DNA of 62,929 bases, filler included, from Perkinsus marinus ATCC 50983 (GCF_000006405.1; 31 parts of 31 records of this genome joined end to end with filler, not necessarily neighbours in it), one strand, 5' to 3'. Positions 1-13,195 are shown, counted from the whole stretch's first letter. Notes: generated by a model from the sequence alone, not told the origin. A program made the numbers and translations.

Positions 1-2370
1 CGATGCGCTCTCCTTAGTATTACCAGCTGCTTCTCCATCTCGTCTAAGGACATCCTTCCAACCATGCACGCTCTCATACGGCCTGAGCCATCGGAAAAAA
101 TCACTCCAACGTTTTACCAGACTAAGCATTACCAGACACATAGTAACGATCGTAGAACTGCATCAGAGCTTCTCTCAGTTTGCTGTAATCATCACTACCT
201 TGCAATAGAGATTTCTTGTTACCCCAGGTGAACTTCTTCCAGATCTGATGGGAAAAGTGGAAAATCAACGCATCGATAACTTTCCGCAACACAAAAAACG
301 TTCGTTTTCGATCTATCATATCCCTCCGACTCCGCAACAATCCACACCTATCATCACACACTTCTTATACCACACTACATCGAACATCTCCAATTTCTTA
401 TGGTCATATAGTCTACTCATTTCATCTACTACAGACGGAGTAAGATGTAGTCGGTGGTATATGACCCTTCAAAATAAAGTAGTACATGGTTTTTCTCAGC
501 CATATAGCAACCTAGCTGCTCAAGCCTGGCAGAATCGCTATTCAAGGTCTGTCGATACCTACATCGGGTAAGGTCGCAGGTTCGAACCCCCGTGAGGGCA
601 CTTCTGACAACCTTACTCGCTTTCAACTGCCTCCAGCTCCCTCTCGCTAGAGTCGGGATTCATTAGTGGGTTTGTGAAGAAACCAGAAAACATATCCACA
701 GCCTTCTCGAAACCGGAAACAGTACATTCAAAGTAGTAACAAGTATACCTGATAATGAGATGATGTACAGTTGTTGTACAAGTCATCTATAACCATTGAA
801 TGTATTGCATGAATGTAATGAATTGCGCAGGTATTTACACAGTTGCTACTCGCGAAGACGCTAGTAGTCGCTATCTCAATACTTTCGCTAGTATACATCG
901 ACAATATCATGATGATGACAAGCATCGAGAGAACTTGAGCAGTATCCACTAGTATCGAATTTGTTGCATCTCGACGTAAATTTGATATTCATCGGGAACA
1001 CCAAGAGAACTGTATAGATCGGCAACCCAACAACTAATACTACTCTAGTTCTGTATAGGCATTGCTGTAGCCACCGTTTTTGGAGAGGTAGGTTTCGAAC
1101 TCGTTCTCTCCAGGGTACTTCTTGGAACCCATAAAGAGCATATGCTCCAGATAGTGAGCCAAACCAGGGAACCTGTGGGAAAGATAAGACTTCATGTAAG
1201 NNNNNNNNNNNNNNNNNNNNNNNNNNNNNNNNNNNNNNNNNNNNNNNNNNNNNNNNNNNNNNNNNNNNNNNNNNNNNNNNNNNNNNNNNNNNNNNNNNNN
1301 AAAAGCATCACATTAGCGAATAAGAAACTGACTTTCAGCGAGGCACTGTAAATAGTTCAGTTCCGCCAATAGATACATTGATTCCATGATTGATGAAAGT
1401 AATTTCACAGATAGGGACATTCGAGGGAACCACACAGTCACCCAAAGAATCATCTCCGCAACGATATGTCTCTGAATGATATAATCAGCGGACTAGTCTG
1501 CTATATATAAAGTTCCTATTCAATCAACCAAATACCCCCTCCCAGTTAATACAGTGGGTATGTCATCGCCTGGTGGTGGTAGGTCCTCCCTTGCAGCATA
1601 GTCCAATGGATCCGAGCCAACGTATCCTCTCTGTGTTGGAGCACCTACAGAATCTCAACTACAGGCAAGATGACGCTAAACGCTAAGAAATCACAAGACT
1701 AGACGGAGTGAATAACTCACTACTGACTGATAAGTTCAGACTAATCACATCGATCTTACCACTATCCCCGAAGAGATCAGCCTGCTGCTGCTTCAAGCCA
1801 TAGCTAAGTGGGCCTTTGTCCTCCGAGTGGTGCCCAAAGAGACCTCCACTTCTTGGAGGGGTATCATTGGATGGTGGCCGAAACATGATATTGGGAACCC
1901 TACTGAATGACGCCAACTCGTGAAAGACAAGGAACCCTGCTTGAGAACAGTTGCAAGGACCCCGTATGAGCCTTCTCCGTATCGGTGAAATAAGAAGTTA
2001 CAGCACGTCTACAACACAAACAGAAAGTATGCGAACAACATACGGGTGAAAGCTCAAACCAACCGGAAAGCCTTCACCCCAAGTCCAAAATGAAACCGGC
2101 AGACCCATAGTGGCCAACTACTATCCCTTCAAAGTCGTAGCGGTGAATCACTACTATGCAGCTAATATTGAGGAACTACCAACATTGTGATGGTGACCCA
2201 GGAGCCCACTATACGGCTGTATGAGCGACTTAACCAAAAACAATATAGTAAACATATAAAAAAGACCTGACTACCGACGCCCGTGGAGTAGCAGTGAATG
2301 ACAATAGTAATATTAATAGTAATAATGCATATCCCTTCTTCAGTCATGCAAAGTAGGTCAACATAATCTC

Positions 2371-3522
2371 TCAAATAAATACAGGCTCCCACGTGTCCAG
2401 CCACTCGCCGTCCATCAGACCCTTTCGACACGGGGGACAAAAGTCGTCGGAAATTTGCTTTACTTTTCCCAAGGAATTACTCAGGCCGGCATCATCACAT
2501 TTCGTGGAAAGCTTCCCCCAAACCTTCTCATCCTCTGTCGATCTCTCAGCTCTTCCGGCTCGAGAGAAATTATCATCACCAACACCCGTTATCCACACCC
2601 CTCCATCAGGTCTGGCGAATACTCTGTGCCAAGCCGCTGGCGCCGCTGACCGCCTGTGGGGAATCGGGAACTTTCCTCTGCAGGTTTCACATTGAAGGTC
2701 TATGACCCATAGAGCCCACGACGAGGTATCTTTCATATAAGCCAACACGTATGCAAGTGCCCTTATATGGTCGACATCCACTGAAGCTGCTGCACAGTCA
2801 CCCAGCTCTGTGACCTTCTTCCACACTCCAGGACCTTCCCATAGCACCACAGACCTCCTGCCAGGGGTCAAGTCTAAGACCATAATCAGGCGGTCCCTGC
2901 CCGCCGAGCAAGGCCTATACGCTGCGAAACAATGAGGTACCGTCTTAGTACGGCAGACAACCTCATTATGGCCGCTCATATCAAGACGGGCGATCCTGAA
3001 GGGCCCCCAAAGGCCATAGACACAGTCCGTGCCAGCTGTTAAACAGAAGAACCTTGACCGACCGCCTGACAGTAGTAGCTCTTCCTGGTCCCATTCAGAG
3101 GAGTATCGATACACCCCTGAGCTCTTGGCAAATACAACACTATGATCAGGGGCTATACACGCCACATCCAATGGACTCAGTCTGAGCCTCCAGCCCAAGC
3201 AAGTCTGCATCTTCCCACATGGAGTCAATAGATTAACCCTACAAATCCATTCGGGCAAGGGGCTATGTCCATCGACAGTGGCGATAGCCTTCAATAGCAG
3301 CAACCCGCTCCCATCTGGTACCCTCAAACACCTCCTTATATTCCTTGCAGGATCTCTACGAGTTCGGTGAAAGCCTGCCAGAAGTGGCCTGGCGTAAGTC
3401 CAGACGACCGTCATAAGTTCATCAGGAACTTCATCGTCTTCATCATCGCCCCTATCTAGTTTCGCCAAAGCCAACAGAGTGCGATCAGTCTCGGTAGGAA
3501 TAGGCCATACATTTACATGCAT
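2371..3522 (-). CDS. Hypothetical 383-aa intronless protein, possibly beta-propeller-like
   Basis: Long open ORF with repeated short beta-strand-like segments (VVFAKSSGVYRY, CVYGLWGPFRIARLD, LAYVLAY..LWVIDL, GGVWITG); the fold is inference. Confidence 0.55.
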   Translation of the reverse strand: MHVNVWPIPTETDRTLLALAKLDRGDDEDDEVPDELMTVVWTYARPLLAGFHRTRRDPARNIRRCLRVPDGSGLLLLKAIATVDGHSPLPEWICRVNLLTPCGKMQTCLGWRLRLSPLDVACIAPDHSVVFAKSSGVYRYSSEWDQEELLLSGGRSRFFCLTAGTDCVYGLWGPFRIARLDMSGHNEVVCRTKTVPHCFAAYRPCSAGRDRLIMVLDLTPGRRSVVLWEGPGVWKKVTELGDCAAASVDVDHIRALAYVLAYMKDTSSWALWVIDLQCETCRGKFPIPHRRSAAPAAWHRVFARPDGGVWITGVGDDNFSRAGRAERSTEDEKVWGKLSTKCDDAGLSNSLGKVKQISDDFCPPCRKGLMDGEWLDTWEPVFI

Positions 3523-3986
3523 TAAATTTATCCACTGAAAACTCCAATGTATACACTATCACAGCAAACATACCATTCTCCCAGTACTTTTCAAATGGAC
3601 ATACTCCACTACGAATATCCAAGGTTGACTCCACTTGCCGTTTCACTAGAACTACACTTAAGCGACAATCGTTCCTATCAGCACTGTTATTGCGCAAATC
3701 ACGATCCCGTAGCATTGAGCGATAGTACTCAATGTTAGTACCGCTCAATGCTACGAATCAGTAACGCAACGCAGCAACATCTGACCTTAGGATTAGTGAT
3801 TTACAAATGCTCCCAATCTTCTAGCAAAGTCATACCATACAAGTAAGGTTTTCACTGTCGAATTGCAGCGAGACTACTACAGAGGATTTATAAGCCGCAC
3901 TAGCAAGAACAAGTATCCAAAAACTGTGAAAATGCGAGTCAGCGCAAGATTGGCGAGAATCACCGTAATCGAATAGTCTATTACAG

Positions 3987-4784
3987 GGCCGCGGGGCCCA
4001 ATGTCCCCACAATCGGGGTTGAATGTCCACACACGCGGAAAAATGTTATTTATAGAGTAAAATAGCGGGCCTTCGGCCCGCTTTTTACTGTGGGCCCTTT
4101 ACGACCCTATCANNNNNNNNNNNNNNNNNNNNNNNNNNNNNNNNNNNNNNNNNNNNNNNNNNNNNNNNNNNNNNNNNNNNNNNNNNNNNNNNNNNNNNNN
4201 NNNNNNNNNNNNTACTTCTTAGTGAGAAATATGTAGCAAGTATTTGATCTTGTTTCTGTTGTGGTTGACAGTGATTATTCATTAGAATTTTTTCAGAAGT
4301 GAGTCGAATGAATATAACAAGTTGGGGATGAGCTGAAAACTCTCCACTACAATGAATAGCAGTGATCCCTTGTTGTTATCACTCCCAGTCTCCAGCCTTT
4401 GCACTGCAAAGTTTGCAGCACTTTGCAGTCGCCATCCACATCAGCTATGAGGGTGTACCACAGCTGCAGGTGACGGGAGGACCCCAAGTAACTCGCGTAA
4501 CGCTGAAGCAGCGTCAGGCGAGGCTTTCCTTTCAAAAACGTTCCAAAACTCAAGTTGCGCAGTTTGTGCAAAGTGCATGTAATTTTTCCGCAACGCCGCA
4601 GTTGGGAATTGAACCCCAGTGTCTATCCTTCGTGGACTATTCGAGTATAGGGTGTACGTGATAGGGTCGTAAAGGGACCACAGTAAAAAGCGGGCCGAAG
4701 GCCCGCTATTCTACTCTATAAATAACATTTTTCCGCGTGTGTGGACATTCAACCCCGATTGTGGGGACATTGGGCGCCGGTAGC
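3987..4784. mobile_element. Mutator-like (MULE) DNA transposon insertion spanning an assembly gap
   Basis: Inverted repeats of at least 126 bp (3987-4112 vs 4659-4784), flanked by the identical 9-mer CTATTACAG (3978-3986 and 4785-4793); long G-starting TIRs with a 9-bp TSD are the Mutator signature. Confidence 0.85.
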
Positions 4785-4812
4785 CTATTACAGTTGTTGA
4801 TTTCACAACATA

Positions 4813-5483
4813 ATGGCCACCACGCTTGTCACTGTGAAGCCTGGGGAGATTCAGTTCCCCATCAGACCCTCTCAGCCTGTTACAACCATACTGAGGCTTG
4901 ACAACAACAATAACAAGAAGTACAGTGTCGCGTATAAAATCAAAACGACGGCTCCTCGCAAGTACCTTGTCCGTCCTTCAAGTGGTCTGCTGAGCCCAGG
5001 CGAGTCAGCTGACATTCAGATCATACTACAACCCCAGACGGGGGACTCTTCTATCGATCAACACGATCGCTTCCTCATCCAGACTGCTGTTTCCAAGTCC
5101 GGCAGACCCCTTGACCGCGAGGACTGGAGCAAGCTCAGTAAAGACGACATAGAGGAACAGAAGATACGTGTCACGTTCAAGGCCTCGACTTCTGGTGGTG
5201 ACACTAATACGACTGAGGACTCTACTGAGACTAAAGACGACCTGCGTGCTAAGTATGATGAGCTCATCCAGTACACTCTTAGTGTGGAGAAGGATAAGAA
5301 GAGATTAGAACAGGAGATCGAGACTGTGAGTTCCCCCCCCTTGCTTACTCTGTTACTTATCTTCAGGTAAAGCAATCGAGCTCAGCATCGGCTAACTCGA
5401 GTGGATTTTCGACGAAGGCTCTTCTGACGAGCATTACTGTTGCTATCATCGTGGCTAGAATCGCTCCTTTCTTCGGCTACTGA
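4813..5483 (+). CDS. VAP: VAMP-associated protein (MSP domain, coiled coil, C-terminal TM); intron 5326-5366
   Basis: VAYKIKTTAPRKYLVRPSSG and HDRFLIQ MSP motifs; splicing the 41-nt GT-AG intron adds a hydrophobic tail ALLTSITVAIIVARIAPFFGY*. Confidence 0.92.
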
Positions 5484-7125
5484 TGATAGCGATAATAACG
5501 CCTTGACCTGTTACCATTGGTCGTAGCCATCGTGACTATTCAACAATTCACTGTGCATTCAGTACGCATGCATAACCTCATCTCTCGCACCGGCTGTTGT
5601 GTTCCGTAGTCCGGTCAATAACAGTGTGGAAGCATAAGTCAACGAACATCGCTGAGAACCTTTCCATAAGTTGCACGATAATGTTCACGGGTTTTGGAGG
5701 CANNNNNNNNNNNNNNNNNNNNNNNNNNNNNNNNNNNNNNNNNNNNNNNNNNNNNNNNNNNNNNNNNNNNNNNNNNNNNNNNNNNNNNNNNNNNNNNNNN
5801 NNTTAGAGTTAATGGCTTGGAATCTAAGTCGTGGATAATATCATCCGATCCAGAGAAGTGGAAGCCCCTGTGGGTTGCTGCTGTACTGGCGTTGCTTACG
5901 TCGGATAGGGTGGCTGCTAAGACGGGCACCTACAGGTGGCTCCAGCCATCGATTCGGTTCCGCGTAGGCGGATCATGACGGCTGCCGTCAAACACATGAC
6001 AAGCCTTGTGCCGCACAAGGCTTCTGAAAAGGCCTTTTCTTTTTGCCGTCCTCGACCTTGTCTTGTTCCGACGTGTCTGGGTGTTTGTGATCCCCACTAA
6101 GCTCAGTTTAGTAAACTGTATAACTTGAGCCAGATGGCTACGGTTACGGACAGCCTAATCCATGAGACTCATGCGTGAATCACTACAACTAGAGCAACCT
6201 TAATCAGGTCTATGTATAAACACCGTACAGCCACAATGCTAACCAAAGAGAAGCCTGCTGTCGTCATCGCGCACCAGTCGTTGCAGGCGCTCGCTATTTT
6301 CCAGATACTTCCAGGGTCTGAACATGGCGTTCCAATTCCCTTTCCGTCGTTTCATCCCTTGTCGTTGACCCCGGACTTCGTCACTCTCGTCAGAGATATA
6401 ACGATCCTGGCCTTAGTAATCAATGTTTGATCTGCCTTTGATATGTCATCTGGTCATCTCCCATCAGAGTCACATTGTTGGGGTACCAGCACTGTTTGCT
6501 GCAGTACCTTCCTTCATCGCAGCGTTTGATTGCTTAGCAGTAACCGGAGCGTCACTAGTGGCCACGCCCTCCACCTTGCATTTCGATAAGGGAGAAGGAA
6601 GTCAGGAAGCTGAATCACTGGCAATATAGATATGACATGTAATTTCATACTAACCAGATATGATAGCAACCATATACTGTCATGCCCAGAAGCGCAAAGT
6701 TTTATTGCGCCCTACCCAGCGGGGAGTCCCCATGTAAAGCACCACCGGAGCCCAGCGCCAACTGCAAATAGCGATTTCCACCATTGCGTTGTGTTGTGCA
6801 CTTGTTGCGGTTGGCGCTCGCCCGAAGATGGCGAGCGCGAGAATAGTCTGACATAGTCGTATGAACTCTGAGCCGTACTATGTTGACACACGTAGAATGC
6901 ACCCCTCATCAGCGATCGCCTGAGAGTTTGTATTTGTTGGTCTCATCCGCTCTACTATATCAGACGCGTAGTATTCTGATAGGAGCAATATTTGAACACG
7001 AGTATTCTTCTTTGTTTATAAACACGATTTGGGTTGGAAGGAGATGCTCGTCCAACGTCACTGAGAAGTCCACTTCCTATGAAGTAGCGTTCTGTGCTTC
7101 GTAGCAGTTTTGTCGTCTACTCCCA

Positions 7126-10100
7126 TGAGTCGAGACTCGTCACCCTCATCATCCTCTTCAGCTGCGGCAGTAGCTTCCTCTTCCTCAGTGACGAATCGAG
7201 TCATCCTACAGCCCAATAGGGATGTTTGGGGAGCTCGAGGGGAGGCCGCCAATCGGGTGGTCCGGCTTGTGGCAGCTGGAGGCGCCCTCAAGAGGAATGT
7301 TAGGCGAAAACGAGAACCGTAATAGGACCTGGGAAGAGGCGTTTTCCGATACAACGTGATAACCGGTCAGCTGTCTGTCAATGGAGTGGGAAGTGTATCG
7401 TCGTGGGGGAAGGGTTTAAGGAGGTTCATTTCTAGTATTGTTCGGGACAGGTCCGCTCCTTCGGGCCCGACCAAGTCGGCAACAGTCGCTGGACGGAGTG
7501 GGGCCAAACGTCAGAAGATGAGTATACGGAACTCGAAGGTGCATCCAAGCCCTTTGCGGAGAGGAGGCAGGGCGTTGGAGGAGGAGACGATGGGAGAGGC
7601 TGGTTTAGAGTCTCTGAGTAAGATAGAGGAGAGAGGCTCCTTCTAGGTTGAGGGGAACATGATACTGTGCTCGATAACGTACTCTGGTATAACTGTGCAA
7701 ACTGGAATGGTAAAATTTCGAGCTCCAACGAATCCTGACCGGTGTGGCTTGTATAGAGAATATGTGACGGAAACGCGATGCTGAATAGGCCGTCAGCTTT
7801 ACAGTGGTAGTGACATCGAACATTGCGGGGCTTTGCCTGCTTTCAGTAGTGAATACGGCAACCCGTCTTGTTTAGAGCAGCTCTCTATGTTAGAGAGTGA
7901 GCCTGTGTTTTGCATGGAAGTCTGTTGCTGAGTGTTTAGGTTGAGTAGTCATTTGCCTCAGGTGATGGATCGGTGGGTGCATGTGAGTGGGCATCGGAGA
8001 GGAGCTGGAGTCCGACCAGACCGACCAAGGCAGGGGATGACACGCACAAGGTGATCCGCTTCGCTCCGTCGGCTTTTTGTAATAATTTATTGTAGGCTGA
8101 TGGAGAGGCAGCGGCTCCGATGAGCTCCAGTGAAGTGGCCAACACTGCTGGGTAAGCTGTCTGATATTGTGCGTAGTGGGTTCCGTTTCGAGAGGTTTAT
8201 CGTTCAGGTCATCTTCATCTTCTCAAGAAGAGGGTGTAGCATCATCATCATCAGCAGCAACATCCTCGCAGCTGCCGGTTGAGGCGGTCTCTGGAGTACA
8301 CGAGTATGTGTGGAAGCATTTCCAAGGCAATGGAGACGATGAGAGGCTGGAGATCATAGCAGAAGTTGGACAGGTGGGTTTGGAAGGATGACCTTTTGAG
8401 AGCTGTTCTGCTTGCTTGCCACTGAAGTATAGTCACAGTGTATAGGTGCTTCTTTTATCATGATTCTCTAACGCATACGCCTAAGGCGTATTACGCATTC
8501 ACGGGACTTGTGTGGTGCAGTGAAATAGTGAATCGCTGACTCTTAGGTTCTCCTGGAGGATGCTCAGAAATATGCGGACAAGGTGAGACTTGCCGTTGTC
8601 GGGCATTCTGTTGGGGAGGGATAGTGGATGATCCGATGACACGGTTGGGGTGTTTTGTCAGAAGTCGATGTTAGAGGAGTTGGCTGACTTGGAGCCTATT
8701 ATAGGAGGCCATGAGGCTGTTGATGAGTAATAATAGGGATGTGTGTGTAGGGGTTGTGGAGGCATTGTGCCTGGTAGGTTTGTAGACTATCTTCTGTCTA
8801 TACGGCCGGGTGAAGTGGAGCCAGAGAAGGTGGAGGAGAAGAATGTTACAGCAGATGGTAGTAGATGTGTGTTTGATCGTCTATTGTGGGGGTGTTTCCC
8901 ATCTCGGCGGCTCGGGTGCTCGCTGTGAACACTACCTTGAAACGAATCTAGAGGCCAGTATTGGAATAAGTGGTAGCTTGCCCCAACCGAGCTCAGTAGT
9001 TCCTGGATGATAAGATAAGTGGGATAGGAATGTACAGAAACCAACGAGAATTTTCCCAAAAATTTTCTCAATTCTGTCGCCAACACATGCAGTTGACCAT
9101 GTGCATATTTTCCCACGTTGATAGATCCAGTCATGGCTCGTCGGGATTTGTCGTGTAGAGCACTCAGTTGTAGTGGTTGAGTCATTAACCTACCTAAAAA
9201 GCTTGATGAGAATGATCGATCGAGTTATGGTAGGTACAAATGCTACTGCTGCGGCCGCAAGTGCTTCCTCTATAGGAGACAACACTAAGAGGTAGTATAG
9301 TCAACCTGTCTGTGGCTTGTTCGGACTGGAGTGGTAGGTCTACTCAACAAGGAAGGGAGGTGACTCTAGTGCCACGAGGAAGTCGCGAGATGGTAGGTCT
9401 TAGTATCGGCCGATGGTGGAGTATTCTTCCTTGGTCTCAGATGAGCACTCAGCCACCGCCGCCGCCACCTCCTCCTAATGGTAAGTGGTCACGCCTCTGT
9501 CAGCCACATGAGGTCGTCAGGTGCTACAGCGTGGAGCTCCGTAAGCTGCTATGGCGGGCAAGCTGCTGTACCTCCTCCGCCGCCGCCTCCACCACCGCCG
9601 CCGCCGCCGCCGTCGTCGTCTACGCCCTTTGAGAGGCGACGTGTACCAGCTGGTTGGGTAGCTGCAAGTCGAGGGTAGGCATGGGAGTTGGCATTATCAT
9701 TAGAGTACGCTTGGTTAGGTCGATAGCACAAGGGGCAGGCTCTCGATCTGCGTTGACGGGAAACCTCACGTACAACCCCTCGGGCTCCATGACGGTGGTA
9801 AGGAGAGGTAGCTGTGTTGGAGGGGGTGGGGAGTTTGCGGAATCAGGTTGAGAAGGAGAAGCGAATGGAGCTGGAGAAGAAGCGAGTTTTGTTGCAGTGT
9901 ACGGAGAGTATACGGAAGCTTCTGTCGAAGATGAACGAGGCTGGCATCACTGAGCGACAAAGGGAGGTAGGTTGAAGGGTGCACTCCAGGGGGGGACTGA
10001 TGTATGTTTAGAAGTATAAGGTGATGATTAAGCGTATCAAGGAGACCATGGGCAGCCTGGATAAGGGCCATCATACGATTGTGCATAACAAGTAGGTTGA

Positions 10101-10490
10101 GGAGAGGTGGAATTGGAATAGTGGTAGTTGTAGTAGAGTTGCTTCATCAGGTCGGCTACTGTAGCTACTGGTGCTTCCTCGACTGTGGAGCCGGCGGCGG
10201 CAGCGGCGGATAGGAAAGTAAGTTGCAGCATAAGGCTCCAGAGGTTCGGTACTCGTGGTTGGAATAGGTCCTCTTGCCGGCCCGAGTGATGCAGTCACAT
10301 AACTTGCTCCCTGCTACTAGTGCTGGGAAGACCATTAATCAGGTAGGGCACAGGAAGTGACCGTTCCATCATCAACTTACTCCTCCATCATCTTAGGCGT
10401 CTCCCACTACTGCCAAGTAGTAGAAGTGCCTATCTATATCAACGTCAATAGCAAGGCGACAAGCGGCGGTTGAGGTCATCTTGTAACAGC
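7126..10490 (+). CDS. Multi-exon hypothetical protein with PWI-like helical segment, polyproline tracts and coiled coil (RBM26/27-like layout); boundaries approximate
   Basis: Chain of short GT-AG-bounded exons: VHEYVWKHFQG..LEIIAE, MLEELADLEPIIG..FVDYLLSI, STQPPPPPPPPN, VEKEKRMELEKKRVLLQCTESIRKLLSKM; not every junction resolved, could be two genes. Confidence 0.45.
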
Positions 10491-10932
10491 CTGATACCAG
10501 CAGCAGCAGCCAGTATGAGATGGACCTAGACCTGGCGTTATGTTCATTATAATACCATCATTCCCATTGTATCTATTATTCTTCCAGACTTAAGCGACAC
10601 TTACTCTGCATTCTGACGACGATCACTGGAGCAATGTTGTGCATGCGTGCAGATTGCAAAGTTGTATATTTGTGTCCATCACCACCATCACCACCACGTA
10701 CTGTCTTATTTGCCTCACGTAGCTGGTCTGCGGCCTTATCCTCTTCCATCCTCTGGGGCTGATTTGTTGTTGTGTTACACTGGCGAAGTGACGGAAGTGT
10801 GGTATGACATTTCTTCTGGGAAGCGAGTAAATAAATGGGGCTCTTAGATGTCGAGTAGTCAGTCAATAGCAGTCAGTGAGTTGAGGAGTGCGCGAGTGAA
10901 GTTTCGAGGATCAGAATGTCTACCGAGTTCAA

Positions 10933-12031
10933 ATGCCTTTTGTAAAGGAAGACAGTCGCGTTGCAGAAGTTGTGGACGATAGCCCCCCCAGAGAGGAGGC
11001 GGATGACGCCTCTGCTGGTAAGGCCCGACTTGGTTGGTTGGGGTGAAATGGGTGCTTTTAGACGGGTCGGAAGGAGGAGCTGATGAGAGGGTGCGGTCCT
11101 TGCCAGAGGCACAACGACTAAAGCAAGAAGGGAATGAACATTACAAGGCGAAACGAATATCTCTGGCGATGGATCGCTACACTTTGGTGAGGAAGTTCTC
11201 GATGGATGGTATGGGAATTGTGAGTGGTAGGCCTATGCGACGTGTCCGAAAGAAGAGAAGATCGTCCGGTCGCAGTGCCTTGCCAACAGGTGGGTACTTG
11301 TCTTGGTTCTCTCGCTGGTGGGAGTAGTCCCTTCAGGGCTGCCTGCCATTACTTCTTTTCGGAATGGGAAGAGGTTGTTGACGATTGCACTAAGGCACTC
11401 GAGTTGGATCCCTCGTACGGCAAAGTCGTTGGTAGACGAGCTAATGCGTGAGTGGGGTCTGTGTTGCAATATATGCTTGCTTTCCTCAGCTGAGCTCAGA
11501 AATTTTAGGAGTCTACTTAGAGATTGGTTTATTAGTGTAAAGGAACTAAGAAAAGTTTATCAAAATTTCCTCAGAATTTTCTGATTGTCATCAACACACG
11601 TGGTTGAGCATGTGCATATTTTCCCATGAAAACTTGTCCTGAGTCATTTTGTGGTTAACCTAGGTATGAGGGAATGCGGAAGTACACCCAATGCAAGGAG
11701 GACCTCGATCGTCTGCAGGAGCTGGACCCTACTTGGATAACAGTACCGGCCAACAAGGCGCGCTATAGCAAGATTGAAAAAGCCGGTGAGAAAACTACTA
11801 TTCGTATTACGATGAGAAAAGTGTATTCAGCGGAGGAGCAGTTTGAACGAGAGAAGGAGGAGATGATGGGGAAGTTGAAGGACCTTGGCAACACCGTGAG
11901 AGATTATTGGTATATGTGTGCGCAAGTATTGCATATAACAGGTTCTGGGCAAATTCGGCCTTTCTACTGACAACTTCAAGTGTGTCAAGGACCCCTCTAC
12001 AGGGAGTTATAGTATAAGTTTTCAACAATAG
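10933..12031 (+). CDS. TTC1: Tetratricopeptide repeat protein 1 homologue, 7 exons
   Basis: AQRLKQEGNEHYK..NRAACH..VVDDCTKALELDPSYGK TPRs and the conserved C-terminus EMMGKLKDLGNTVLGKFGLSTDNFK..DPSTGSYSISF* after six GT-AG introns. Confidence 0.9.
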
Positions 12032-12502
12032 ACGAACACCATCTGTTGAGTTACTCAGTGTGGTTGAGGTTGTGAAAGTATCATCGTGATGGAGGCGTGA
12101 TCGGTTGAAAAGGCTGCTGTTGCTACGCTAGCACACCCTTCCACGTTAGTGACGGTGTTCTTAGAATGCTCCACATAAGAAGTCGCAAGTGCAGGGGTAG
12201 AGCTCTCGGTTTGAGGTGGCTCCCATTCCTGCAACTGCATCAGCTGATACTCGTTGACCAACTTCCTATGGTTTACAGCCTCACACTAAATTTTGGGCGA
12301 GCGAGATTGTTCTATATTTCGGGCGAGCGAGATTCTCACCACGAGGTCTACCGCATCACTTGGTATCAGCATTTTCACTCTATAGGGGACGTGGGGGAGG
12401 AGGTTGGCGGCGGCGGCGGCTAGCGTGGTGATTGGTAGGGGTTAGCCATTTTTGAGGGTCTGTATGCATTTACAGTTCCTTGTTGAGTAGTACTCGTGAG
12501 AG

Positions 12503-13195
12503 ATGGCAAAGTCAATCCGCTCTAAGGTGAAGAAGCGTTTTAGAACATGCAAGAGGCAGCTCGTTAGTGCTACTATTGATAAGAAGCGCCTTCAGAACAC
12601 CAACCAGAGGCTTCAGGAGGTCGCCAGTGGTAGTAGTGGCTTATCGTATACTCTCTGTAGCATACTACTGTAGGGGTCTTTGTGAAGCCGACTACTCCTA
12701 AGAATGCCTTCCTGTATCCGGATGATCCCGCGGCAGCTTTTCCTAAGGTTGGTGGCGATATGGGAAGGTGGAGGAAGGGGAAGGTGCTCTTCTTCTTCAG
12801 GTCATTGTGGCTAAGCCTTTGGACTTCCGGAGTGAAGCCATGCCTCATAGTGGTTACGCTATCACTGGCAATCGCAGAAAGTAATACCACACCTCCGTCA
12901 CTTCTTCCATGAGCGTGACCAGGTATGTAGCCTCGGAGTTCGAGAGTATCCCTCGTGTTGTTGTTGGTGATGACATCGGAGGCTCTGTGAGGGCCAAGCT
13001 GGCATTTGTGCAGAAGCCCGACGATGCCGATATCGAGATGGACGCCTCTCGAACCGTCCCTGAGCCTGTTCCCGCTACGGGCGTTATAACCCAGGTAAAA
13101 ACGTCCGGAATGTGGGCATTTGGAAGGTGGTGTTGTGATAGGGCGATTTAGCGAAGGCAGTTGAAAAGGAGAAGGGGGAAGGTAGTGACCTGTTG
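12503..13195 (+). CDS. Basic LLP/LLPH-like protein, multi-exon, 3' truncated
   Basis: N-terminus MAKSIRSKVKKRFRTCKR resembles the MAKS(L/I)RSK start of the LLP family; further exons PKNAFLYPDDPAAAFPK and PLDFRSEAMP. Confidence 0.55.

Noticed and set aside
4064..4086. Rho-independent terminator
   Set aside because: Eukaryotic context, and part of a transposon TIR present in both orientations
5521..5545. Spliced-leader relic (CGTAGCCATC)
   Set aside because: Only 10 nt match; the TTGGCTCAAG half is absent
11449..11663. Family A as an introner (intron-creating element)
   Set aside because: Splice sites lie outside the element, flanking intron sequence is unrelated between copies, and both orientations occur
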